From: Phycisphaerae bacterium
Lineage (GTDB): Bacteria; Planctomycetota; Phycisphaerae; UBA1845
Length of the DNA stretch: 64,000 nucleotides
Assembly (NCBI GenBank): GCA_963666835.2
Contig: CAXXGO010000003.1
Span: 96,001-160,000 of the forward strand
Reading direction: 5' to 3'
The translations under genes and the position numbers were made by a program. Of this stretch, positions 29,825-38,441 are shown piece by piece. The notes beneath the pieces are model-generated. The model was not told the origin of the DNA, did not search any database, and worked only from the letters and a program-made list of their open reading frames with translations. Numbering within the stretch: the stretch's first letter is position 1; each line of letters opens with the position of its first letter.

Positions 29825-30766
29825 ATGGCACGTTTCGGGTCAGTCTTGGTGTTGATGGTTCTTTCCAGCGTTTCCTTCGTAGCGGTTGCCAGTGCCGATC
29901 CGGCTGTAATCGCCGGAAGCGATGATCCGCCGGTGAGCCCGCCGACGTTCTGGGCCGATTCCTTCTGGGGCATCCATTCAACCATAGAACGGGCATTCCC
30001 GTTCACAATAGACGATGGGGGGCAGTACTTCCTGGAGGAGTTGGAGGTCGCCGTCTACCGCTACGAGTTTGGCGGGTCGACTGCCGAGTTCTCGATCAAC
30101 TCGGACGAGGGAGGAGTACCGGGTGCGGAAATCGCAGCCTTCGCCGTGCAGGGCGTAACTACCGTTCAACAGGTCTTGACCGCTGTACTCTCAGAGCATG
30201 TAACGCTTGATCCCGATACGCAGTATTGGATTGCGGGAAGCACGACCGAGAGCCAGGTGAATTGGAGTCTCGGCGACGGCACGTTCGGTTCCGCTGCCTA
30301 TCGCGTTAGCGGGGGCGATTGGGTTTATGACGATTACGCCAACGTGTCCGCGTTCACGCTTTTGGGCATACCGGTCGGAACCGGTGCTTGCTGTGTCGAC
30401 ACGGCCTGCCATATCACGACGGAAGCCGATTGTGCGGATTCGGGCGGGAGCTTCTTCGGCGTAGATTCTACCTGCGACGCTCCAGACGCTGACGGTGACG
30501 GCCTGCGGGACGAGTGCGACGAATGCCCCTTCGATCAGGACAAGATTGAGCCCGGCGTTTGCGGCTGCGGACTGGATGACGACGCCGACGCCGACGGTGA
30601 CGGCGTGCCCGACTGTCATGACGAATGCCCCGGGGCGGACGACAGCGTCTTCGCACCGGCTTGCCTGGGCTCGATCCCGACAGTCTCCCAATGGGGCTTG
30701 ATCGTGTTGACGCTGCTGCTACTTGCGGGTGCGAAGGTCCGTTTTGGGTGCAGACGCTTTGTGTGA
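29825..30766 (+). CDS. secreted protein with IPTL-CTERM sorting signal
   Basis: Signal peptide; Cys/Asp-rich thrombospondin type-3-like segment (DADGDGLRDECDECP); C-terminal IPTVSQWGLIVLTLLLL plus basic tail. Confidence 0.85.
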   Translation: MARFGSVLVLMVLSSVSFVAVASADPAVIAGSDDPPVSPPTFWADSFWGIHSTIERAFPFTIDDGGQYFLEELEVAVYRYEFGGSTAEFSINSDEGGVPGAEIAAFAVQGVTTVQQVLTAVLSEHVTLDPDTQYWIAGSTTESQVNWSLGDGTFGSAAYRVSGGDWVYDDYANVSAFTLLGIPVGTGACCVDTACHITTEADCADSGGSFFGVDSTCDAPDADGDGLRDECDECPFDQDKIEPGVCGCGLDDDADADGDGVPDCHDECPGADDSVFAPACLGSIPTVSQWGLIVLTLLLLAGAKVRFGCRRFV

Positions 30767-30942
30767 AGACGCGCGTTTAGGGGGGCGTTGAGAGAGGGAG
30801 CCGGCTCCCGGGCAGATGGACGTCTGTGCTTTCGCCAACTCTCACGATTGGGTACATGCCGAAGCGGCGGAGTCAGCTACTACCCAAGCCCACGACCGAT
30901 CGCGACGGGGTGACGTTGGGAGACAGACGGAGGACGGTCGCG

Positions 30943-31704
30943 ATGTTCTTGATGTACGTGGACGAAAGCGGAGACTGCGGGATTGCGAAATCCCGTACAG
31001 ACTATTTCGTTCTGTCGGGGCTTGTCGTTCATGAGCTTCGCTGGCTGGAATGCCTGAACCAGCTTGTAGATTTCAGGCAACGAATGCGAGCTGCATTCGG
31101 TTTGAAGTTACGGGAAGAGATCCATGCGGGAGCCTACCTGACCAGGCCGGGATCACTTATTCGCATCAAGAAGAACGACCGCCTTACCATCTTGCGGTTG
31201 TTTGCAGAAGAGCTGGCGTCGATGGAGAGTCTGAGCGCCATCAACGTGATCGTCGACAAGAGCGGAAAACCGGACGACTATGATGTGTTCGAGAACGCGT
31301 GGCGAGCACTTATCCAGCGGTTTCAGAACACGATCTCGCATCGGAATTTTCCGGGGCCAACGAACCCCGATGAGCGTGGCATCCTCTTTCCCGACGATAC
31401 TGACAACAAGAAACTCCGTGTGTTGCTGCGGAAGATGCGCAAATACAATCCGATACCCAATAGGGCGCGGCAAGGTTATCGAGACATGCCGCTGGCGAGC
31501 ATTATCGAGGATCCGAATTTCCGGCGTTCCGACGATTCGTATTTTGTGCAGGCTGCCGATCTCGTCGCGTTCACGTTGTACCAAAAGCACGCCCCTAACT
31601 GCTACATTCGCAAGAAAGGGGCTAGGAACTACTTCGATAAGCTTGAGCCCATTCTGTGCAAGGTGGCCAGCAAGAGTGATCCGTACGGACTCGTGCGGCT
31701 TTAG
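30943..31704 (+). CDS. DUF3800 domain protein (predicted RNase H-like fold)
   Basis: N-terminal YVDESGD, EEIHA, C-terminal S...VQAADL signature; GGAGG RBS. Confidence 0.9.
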   Translation: MFLMYVDESGDCGIAKSRTDYFVLSGLVVHELRWLECLNQLVDFRQRMRAAFGLKLREEIHAGAYLTRPGSLIRIKKNDRLTILRLFAEELASMESLSAINVIVDKSGKPDDYDVFENAWRALIQRFQNTISHRNFPGPTNPDERGILFPDDTDNKKLRVLLRKMRKYNPIPNRARQGYRDMPLASIIEDPNFRRSDDSYFVQAADLVAFTLYQKHAPNCYIRKKGARNYFDKLEPILCKVASKSDPYGLVRL

Positions 31705-31709
31705 CGAAC

Positions 31710-31733
31710 AAAAAAGGACGCCTTGCGGCGTCC
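31710..31733 (-). terminator. intrinsic terminator (minus strand)
   Basis: 7-bp GC stem with GCAA tetraloop followed by TTTTTT on the minus strand; no U-tract on the plus strand. Confidence 0.85.
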
Positions 31734-31774
31734 CGGATGGATCCTACTAACCAGTCTGGCTGGCGGTCAGATCC
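31710..31774 (-). ncRNA. putative small structured RNA convergent with the DUF3800 gene
   Basis: Own sigma70-type promoter; 5' GGAUCU/GGAUCC stem enclosing an inner hairpin; 3' GGACGCC-GCAA-GGCGUCC hairpin plus U6. Confidence 0.7.
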
Positions 31775-31780
31775 AACTAT

Positions 31781-31809
31781 AATGTACTACATCCTGTGCT
31801 GCCCGTCAA
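31781..31809 (-). promoter_or_regulatory. sigma70-type promoter for the small RNA
   Basis: TTGACG (31809-31804), 17-nt spacer, TACATT (31786-31781). Confidence 0.7.
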
Positions 31810-31864
31810 CCAAAATGTTGGTTCAGACAACAGGTGGCGGGCCGGATTTCGAGACGGATAGTCC

Positions 31865-31893
31865 TTGATCTTGAACGCACGATAAGGTACAGT
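31865..31893 (+). promoter_or_regulatory. putative sigma70-type promoter of the beta-propeller gene
   Basis: TTGATC-17 nt-TACAGT about 45 bp upstream of ATG 31939. Confidence 0.45.
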
Positions 31894-31938
31894 CGGGGTT
31901 TAGCGGCTTGATCCGATTGCTTTTTGCGAGGGGATTCC

Positions 31939-34900
31939 ATGTTGCGAGCACGCTACTCCACGAGTCTTGTTCTCCTGGTTCTGACGGTGTTCCCGACCAC
32001 AGGCGTTGCCAAGAGAGTCACCGAGATCATATCAGGCACAAACGCGCTCCGGTATTCGTCCGGCATTGCTGTAGACACGTCGGGCAACGTCTACGTCACT
32101 GGAGTCTTGAGCGGGAATGCCTTCAAGATAACACCGAATGGGGCCATCACCGAGATCGTCGGGTGGACTGGAGACGGAGGCGGGAACACCCTTGCCGGAC
32201 CCCGGGCCGTCGCAGCGGACGACTTCGGCAACGTCTACGTGGCGGGTTCCGACAGCAACAACGTCTTGAAGATCGCGCCGGACGGGGCCATCACCGAGAT
32301 TATCGACTATGCGGGCGATGGCAACGGGAACACGCTTTCCTGGCCTGAGGCCGTTGTCGTAGACGGTTTCGGCAACGTCTTCGTCGCTGGTGAGTACAGC
32401 GACAACGCCTTCAAGATAACGCCGACCGGCGTTATCACCGAAATCATCGATTCAAATGGTGACGGCAACGGAAATACGCTTGATGGACCTCGTGGCATCG
32501 CCACGGACGGCTTCGGCAACGTCTACGTGGGTGGCTTCAGTAGCGATAACGTCTTGAGGATCGCGCCGAACGGGACCGTCACGGAGATTATCGACTACGC
32601 TGGGGATGGTGCGGGGAACAAGCTTGACGGTCCATTCGGCATCGCCGTAGACACCTCCGACAACGTCTACGTTACAGCGTGCAACAGCGAGAACACCTTC
32701 AGAATCACGCCGGATGGGGCCATCATTGAGATTATCGACTCAACTGGCGATGGCACCGGGAATGCACTCTCTGAACCTGAGGCCATTGCCGTGGATGACT
32801 TCGGCAACGTCTACGTTGTGGGGTCTCTCAGCTCTAACGTCTTCAGGATCACTCCGGAGGGTATCATCATCGAGATTATCGACTCGACCGGCGATGGTGG
32901 TGGAAACGTGCTTGATGCCCCGGAGACCGTTGCCGCAGACGACTTCGGCAACGTCTTCGTAGCTGGTTACTGGAGCGACAACGCTTTCAAGATCACACCG
33001 GATGGCTTGATTACCGAGATCATCGATTCGATTGGCGACGGCGTGAGGAACGAGCTTCGGCACCCAAACGACATTGCCGTGGACGCATCGCACGGCGTCA
33101 TCGTCACTGGGCTGGACAGCGACAATGTCTTCAGGGTTTCGCCGGAGGGGCTCATCACGGAGATAATCGATGCGACCGGCGACGGCATGGGCAGTATGCT
33201 CAACGCACCCGAGAGCACCGCCACAGACGACTCGGGCAACGTCTACGTTACTGGATATTGGAGCAATAACGCCTTCCGGATCGCACCCGACGGGAACGTC
33301 ACAGAGATTATCGACGTAACCGGCGACGGCATGGGAAACGAGCTTGTCTTGGCGCACGATGTCGCCGTGGATGACTGGGGTAACGTCTTTGTCACTGGCT
33401 ATTGGAGCAACAATGCCTTCAAGATCACTCCGGATGGGATCGTCACCGCGATAATTAACTGGACCGGCGATGGTGGTGGAAACGTGCTTGATTCCCCGGA
33501 GACCATTGCCGCAGACGACTTCGGCAACATCTTCGTAGCTGGTTACTGGAGCGACAACGCGTTCCGGATCACGGCGGACGGGACCATCACGGAGATCATA
33601 GACTCGACTGGGGACGGCATGGGGAATAGGTTTAGTTCCCCGTCCAGCATCACCGTTGACGCTGCTGGCAACGTATTTGTCGCTGGTGAAGATAGCGACA
33701 ACGTTCTCAGGATCACACCAGCGGGGGCCATTCACGAGATAATCGACTCTGCCGGCGACGGTACGGGGAATGGGCTCAGTTCTCCATCGAGCATTACCGT
33801 TGACACTTCCGGCAATGTCCTCGTTGTTGGAGAAGAGAGCGAGAACGCCTTCAGAATCGCGCCGGATGGCGCTATCACTGAGATTATCGACTCAACTGGC
33901 GATGGCGTGTGGAGAAGACTCCGCGGTCCGCACGCCATCAGCGTAGACGAGTTCGGAAACGCGTACGTCACCGGAGTCGGAAGCGACAATGCTTTCAAGA
34001 TCACACCGGAAGGGGGTATTACCGAGATCATCAACTGGACAGGCGGCTCCGGCGCCCGGGTGCTTGACGCTCCGAGCGCCATCGCCGTGGATGACTCGGG
34101 CAACGTCTACGTCGTTGGAGGGGAAAGCGACAACGCGGTTCAGATCACACCGGACGGGATCATCACTGAAATCATCGACTCGACGGGTGATGGCAACGGG
34201 CACGCGCTTGACGCTCCGAGCGCCATCGCCGTGGATGACTTCGGCAACGTCTACGTCACCGGACGCTTGAGCGACAACGTCTTCACGATCAAGCCGGAGG
34301 GGATCATCACGGAGATCATCGATTCAAATGGTGACGGCATGGGGACCGAGCTTGCCTCTCTGAACAGCGTCGCCGTAGATGACCTCGGCAACGTTTACGT
34401 CACCGGACGCTACAGCCACAACGCCGTCAAGATTACACCGGATGGGGTGATTACCGAGATCATCGACTCGACTGGTGATGGCAACGGGAACACACTTTCC
34501 ACACCCCAGGCGATCGTCGTGGATGACCTCGGCAACGTCCTCGTCGCTGGGGGCAACAACGCCTTCAGGATTACCCCGGATGGCGTAGTGACTCAGATCA
34601 TCGATTCTGCGGGCGACGGTACGGGGAATGTACTCAGTATCCCATCGAGCATTGCCGTAGACAACGCCGGTAACGCTTACGTCGCTGCCCAGATAAGCAA
34701 CAACGCCTTCAAGATCACGCCGGATGGTCTGATCACCGAGATCATCGACTCGAATGGCGATGGCATGGGGAACGGGCTTTCCTGGGCGCACAGTATTGCA
34801 GTAGACGACGCGGGTAACGCTTACGTTGCTGCCCACAACAACGCTTTCAGGATCACGCCGGATGGGGTAATCACCGAGATCATCGACCAAACTGGTGACG

Positions 34901-35169
34901 GGGCGGGGAACGGGCTGGCCAGCCCGAGCGGAATTGCCGTAGACGATTCGGGCAATGTGTACGTCGCGGGGTCAGGAAGTGACAACGCCTTTAAGATCGA
35001 ACTGTGCGACACGCTCAGTGACTATCCCCTGTTCGAAGACTGCTGGGCTGCGAGCGGGCCGGGGGTGGTTGTTGACGAGAGTTGTGCGTGCCCCGACGAT
35101 GATGCCGACGGGGACGTGGACCTGGCTGACTTCGCGCGGTTTCAGTTGACGCTCGTGGGGGCGTCGTGA
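31939..35169 (+). CDS. secreted NHL/SBBP-like tandem beta-propeller repeat protein with dockerin-like C-terminus
   Basis: Signal peptide; 21 repeats of ~48 aa (TEIIDxxGDGxGNxLxxPxxIAVDxxGNVYVxGxxSxNAFxITPDG); C-terminal DDDADGDVDLADFARFQ. Confidence 0.9.
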   Translation: MLRARYSTSLVLLVLTVFPTTGVAKRVTEIISGTNALRYSSGIAVDTSGNVYVTGVLSGNAFKITPNGAITEIVGWTGDGGGNTLAGPRAVAADDFGNVYVAGSDSNNVLKIAPDGAITEIIDYAGDGNGNTLSWPEAVVVDGFGNVFVAGEYSDNAFKITPTGVITEIIDSNGDGNGNTLDGPRGIATDGFGNVYVGGFSSDNVLRIAPNGTVTEIIDYAGDGAGNKLDGPFGIAVDTSDNVYVTACNSENTFRITPDGAIIEIIDSTGDGTGNALSEPEAIAVDDFGNVYVVGSLSSNVFRITPEGIIIEIIDSTGDGGGNVLDAPETVAADDFGNVFVAGYWSDNAFKITPDGLITEIIDSIGDGVRNELRHPNDIAVDASHGVIVTGLDSDNVFRVSPEGLITEIIDATGDGMGSMLNAPESTATDDSGNVYVTGYWSNNAFRIAPDGNVTEIIDVTGDGMGNELVLAHDVAVDDWGNVFVTGYWSNNAFKITPDGIVTAIINWTGDGGGNVLDSPETIAADDFGNIFVAGYWSDNAFRITADGTITEIIDSTGDGMGNRFSSPSSITVDAAGNVFVAGEDSDNVLRITPAGAIHEIIDSAGDGTGNGLSSPSSITVDTSGNVLVVGEESENAFRIAPDGAITEIIDSTGDGVWRRLRGPHAISVDEFGNAYVTGVGSDNAFKITPEGGITEIINWTGGSGARVLDAPSAIAVDDSGNVYVVGGESDNAVQITPDGIITEIIDSTGDGNGHALDAPSAIAVDDFGNVYVTGRLSDNVFTIKPEGIITEIIDSNGDGMGTELASLNSVAVDDLGNVYVTGRYSHNAVKITPDGVITEIIDSTGDGNGNTLSTPQAIVVDDLGNVLVAGGNNAFRITPDGVVTQIIDSAGDGTGNVLSIPSSIAVDNAGNAYVAAQISNNAFKITPDGLITEIIDSNGDGMGNGLSWAHSIAVDDAGNAYVAAHNNAFRITPDGVITEIIDQTGDGAGNGLASPSGIAVDDSGNVYVAGSGSDNAFKIELCDTLSDYPLFEDCWAASGPGVVVDESCACPDDDADGDVDLADFARFQLTLVGAS

Positions 35170-35291
35170 ACGGCGCCGGGTGATCGGGCGGGTTGCCGCC
35201 ATGCGACGAAGGCAGGCCTGCGGTGAATGCGGATTCGGCTGCTGCTGCGAGGGTCATGAACATGTTTTTCTTGCTGATCGGGGAAGTGAGA

Positions 35292-35939
35292 GTGTGGCGG
35301 CTTCTGGTTGTCGTCGGGCTGGCGGGGCTGCTGTCGGGTTGTGGGCTTGCCCATCGGTTGCCGTTGCACGCCGAGTACCAGCGGATTGAGTTGGGCGAGC
35401 GGGTCCCGCCGGAGATAGACTGCGATGCGCATACGCCCAAGAGCCTCTACTCCGATTGGGGGTGGGCGACGGGGGCGAAGGAGTGCTATGGAATTGTCAC
35501 AGACGAAGCGGAGCGCGTCGTTGCGAAAAAGTACCAGGTAAGCGGAGAAGAGGGTTCGTTGCTTCTGCTGTGGTACCGGGGTCGGTATTGGACCGAATGG
35601 TCTGTGCTGCTTCCGAAGGACATCGACCCTCACGACGCGTCAGCGGTCTTGCCGATTCTCCGGGAACGGTGTGCGCAGCTTGATTCGATCGGGAAAGGGC
35701 AATCCTCGGACGAGTTGCTTGACCTCGCCGCCGAAGAAGGCGATTGGGGCGACGCGCGCATTTGCCTGAAGAAGACCATCAGGAAGAAGGCGTTTCCGGC
35801 CAACAAGCGAACTCTGTGGCGGGTCGAGCGGCCCCGAGAAGACGCCGTTCGGATCCTGAACGAGGACCGCGTTGATGTCTCGCTTGTTGTGTGGGCGCTG
35901 CGCGGCTACTCCGCGATGACGAAGGGGCGTTTTCCCTAG
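35292..35939 (+). CDS. hypothetical lipoprotein
   Basis: Hydrophobic stretch ending in lipobox LLSG-C; start uncertain. Confidence 0.6.
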   Translation: MWRLLVVVGLAGLLSGCGLAHRLPLHAEYQRIELGERVPPEIDCDAHTPKSLYSDWGWATGAKECYGIVTDEAERVVAKKYQVSGEEGSLLLLWYRGRYWTEWSVLLPKDIDPHDASAVLPILRERCAQLDSIGKGQSSDELLDLAAEEGDWGDARICLKKTIRKKAFPANKRTLWRVERPREDAVRILNEDRVDVSLVVWALRGYSAMTKGRFP

Positions 35940-36066
35940 GCGGGATTACTCACGACGTTCACATGAATGCGCGTAGTCTGCTGTAGCGCCATCCCACGTT
36001 GGGTGGCGTCACAGTGGCACAGCGCGCTTCCACGAAAGAACGCCCGGTTCATCGACGCCGTCTCTT

Positions 36067-36167
36067 TCACCCTGTCAGGGTGATTGGGATTGTTGGGACT
36101 CCACCCGGGGGCGGCGTCCGCTGCGCGGCCTTGCCCCCGGCTATTGTCTTGTAGGCTTTCAGCCTGA
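36067..36167. repeat. multi-hairpin REP-like intergenic element
   Basis: TCACCCTG-T-CAGGGTGA; CCGGGGGC...GCCCCCGG; AGGCT-TTC-AGCCT. Confidence 0.65.
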
Positions 36168-36207
36168 ACACCGAGCCGGCGGCGGTTATCGCGCCCACCC
36201 GCGGCAA

Positions 36208-36329
36208 CTTCCGCCCGCCTCGCATAGCCGGTCGCACCCGCCCTCGGCAGCGTCCGTCCGGCTCGTATGGGCGGTCGTACCCTCTCTCGGTAGCTTCCGC
36301 CCGCCTCGCATAGCCGGTCGCGCCCGCCC
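36208..36329. repeat. 36-bp direct repeat pair
   Basis: CTTCCGCCCGCCTCGCATAGCCGGTCGC(A/G)CCCGCCC at 36208-36243 and 36294-36329, one mismatch. Confidence 0.85.
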
Positions 36330-36450
36330 GACAAGACCGATGTGGCGGTCCGTGCCGCTGCCAACCGACACCATCATCATCCCACAACGTCTGACCACGT
36401 CTTACATGGTGCTACTTGTGGACGTAGTAGCAATACATCATACTAAGAGC

Positions 36451-37317
36451 ATGAAGACATCACCGATAGACCTGCTGCAGAGGCTGGGGCTCAACCACTT
36501 AGAGGCCGAGGTGTACGCCTTGCTGCTCGGCTGTGGGGAGCCGACGACGGCGTACGGGATCGGCAAGGCGTTGGGCAAGCCCACGGCCAACGTCTACAAG
36601 GCTATCGAGGCGCTGGCCCGCAAGGGGGCGGTCATCGTCGAGGAGGGCGAGCCGCGGTTGTGCCGCCCGATTCCGGCGGACGAGTTCATAAGCCAACTGA
36701 AGGCCGAGTTTCTCGATACGGCCGATCGGGCGAGCCTGGGGTTGTCAGATCTCGGGGAGCCGGCCCCGGACGAGGGCGTATATCGGCTCGAATCGGTCTC
36801 GCTCATCCTGGAGCGGTGCCGCCTGATGCTCCAACGTGCTGAGCGGATCGCGGTTGTCGATGCGTTTCCGCAGGCTCTTCAGGCCGTTCGACCGGATCTC
36901 GCCGCGGCCGCATCGCGCGGCGTGGAGCTGTACGTTCAGGCGTATAAACCCACGCGAATCCGCGGGGCGCACGTAGTCGAGACCCGGCAAAGTGCAGAGA
37001 TACTCGAGCACTGGAGAAGTCAGCAGCTCAACTGCGTAATCGACGGGCGTGAGGCGTTGCTGGCGCTATTGCACGATGGCCTGTCGGGCGTTCATCAAGC
37101 GATCTGGACCGGCAGCCTGTTTCTATCCGGGGTGATGCTCGCCGGATTCCTACGCGAACACGTCTTCCACCAGATCGCGGCCGTGGATCGGCGCGGCGGG
37201 TTGCCGGCGTCACTGCGGAAGTTGTTTCGGGATCATCCCGGATTCCATACCACGGATATTCCCGGCCACAGACTGTTGTTCTCACAACTTGGACTACGAG
37301 GGGGATTGGGGAAATGA
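36451..37317 (+). CDS. TrmB-family transcriptional regulator
   Basis: LGLNHLEAEVYALLL...TAYGIGKALG...NVYKAIEALARKG wHTH; C-terminal effector domain (VIDGREAL). Confidence 0.9.
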   Translation: MKTSPIDLLQRLGLNHLEAEVYALLLGCGEPTTAYGIGKALGKPTANVYKAIEALARKGAVIVEEGEPRLCRPIPADEFISQLKAEFLDTADRASLGLSDLGEPAPDEGVYRLESVSLILERCRLMLQRAERIAVVDAFPQALQAVRPDLAAAASRGVELYVQAYKPTRIRGAHVVETRQSAEILEHWRSQQLNCVIDGREALLALLHDGLSGVHQAIWTGSLFLSGVMLAGFLREHVFHQIAAVDRRGGLPASLRKLFRDHPGFHTTDIPGHRLLFSQLGLRGGLGK

Positions 37318-38054
37318 AGTACCTTACGCGGATCGGCTTGGCGGCGGTGATGTTCGCAGTGGTTTACGGCGGGGGGCTGTATGTCGTTCCTCCGTTGGTG
37401 TACCGAGCGGGGCTGATGGGCTATTGCCCGTGGCTCAAGGGCACCAGCTTGGTCTCGCAGTTGACGTTTCTGATACTGTCATTGGGGCTGACGGCATTGG
37501 TTGCCCGAGGCAGGTTCGCCTCGTATGGATGGCGGCTGGTGGCCGTGCGGAAGCTGGTCATGCCGATTGTGATCAGTACTCTGGCGACGCTGCTGTTGAT
37601 GGCTCCGATGATAATCTCGGCATTTATGGCTCCGGAGGAAGCTGCTGAGCAGCCCGGTTCGGAACCGCGCGGTCCGATGTCGAAGAACCTGCTGCACACG
37701 ATCATCTTCGTCTGGATCATTGCGAGCACCTGCGAGGAGGTGTTCTACCGAGGACTTTTGCAGAGTTTCCTGGCGCCGCTGGGGGTCTTTGCTCTCAAGA
37801 TCCGCAGTGTCCGGATCAGCCTGCCGGTGGTCCTCTGCGGACTGACATTCGGGCTCGGCCACCTGTGTCTTAGGGGGATGATCCCGACGCCGATGCTGGC
37901 CAGCATTCTGATCTTCACCACTGTCGGCGGCCTCATTGCCGGTTATTACCGCGAGAAGACGGGAAGCCTCATCCCAGCTATCGCGGCCCACATGACGTGC
38001 AACGTCGTCGGCACCATGGTGCCGGTTGTTCTCAACTTTCTGGCGACAAGCTAA
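37314..38054 (+). CDS. CPBP-family (Abi/CAAX) intramembrane metalloprotease
   Basis: EEVFYRG, FGLGH, AHMTCN motifs; multi-TM; ATGA overlap with regulator. Confidence 0.92.
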   Translation: MKYLTRIGLAAVMFAVVYGGGLYVVPPLVYRAGLMGYCPWLKGTSLVSQLTFLILSLGLTALVARGRFASYGWRLVAVRKLVMPIVISTLATLLLMAPMIISAFMAPEEAAEQPGSEPRGPMSKNLLHTIIFVWIIASTCEEVFYRGLLQSFLAPLGVFALKIRSVRISLPVVLCGLTFGLGHLCLRGMIPTPMLASILIFTTVGGLIAGYYREKTGSLIPAIAAHMTCNVVGTMVPVVLNFLATS

Positions 38055-38148
38055 TCCGCGCCGGCTGGCGACAGGCCGATTGGCGCGTTGTGGACTGACA
38101 TCTTCACGGCTCCTATCATATTGAATGTCCGGAAAGGAGTTGTGCGTG

Positions 38149-38340
38149 ATGATTAACAGCAAAAAGACCATCTTGGGCCGAATTGCGGCCCTTCGGGAAA
38201 GAGACCCACCGGTTTTCGACTGCAGTGACGCATCGAGCATGGCGACTGCAATTCGAGAGACATCACGGGAGTTGGTTAAGCGTAATCGCGAGCTGCTTGC
38301 GGTTCTAGCTGACGTAGTCGAACTGATCGAGAGTAGGTGA
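38149..38340 (+). CDS. small hypothetical protein
   Basis: AAAGGAG RBS; 63-aa helical ORF; start GTG 38146 or ATG 38149. Confidence 0.5.
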   Translation: MINSKKTILGRIAALRERDPPVFDCSDASSMATAIRETSRELVKRNRELLAVLADVVELIESR

Positions 38341-38441
38341 CTTACCATCCGAGGCCGCATCGAAACCGGTTCTGTGTGGGAAAGTGTCCGATTCTCGGTT
38401 TGATTGTGCGGTTTCGCCACTGCTTTCGAGCAGTGCAGGGT

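Noticed and set aside
30767..31860. DUF3800 module as an insertion sequence
   Set aside because: No terminal inverted repeats or target-site duplication found around it.
31939..35169. Diversity-generating retroelement acting on the repeat protein
   Set aside because: No reverse transcriptase nearby; both near-identical tracts are in-frame coding repeats, and three differences are too few to show adenine-specific mutagenesis.
36208..36329. 36-bp direct repeats as a mini CRISPR array
   Set aside because: Only two copies, 50-bp spacer, no CRISPR-like terminal motif or palindrome, no cas genes in the window.
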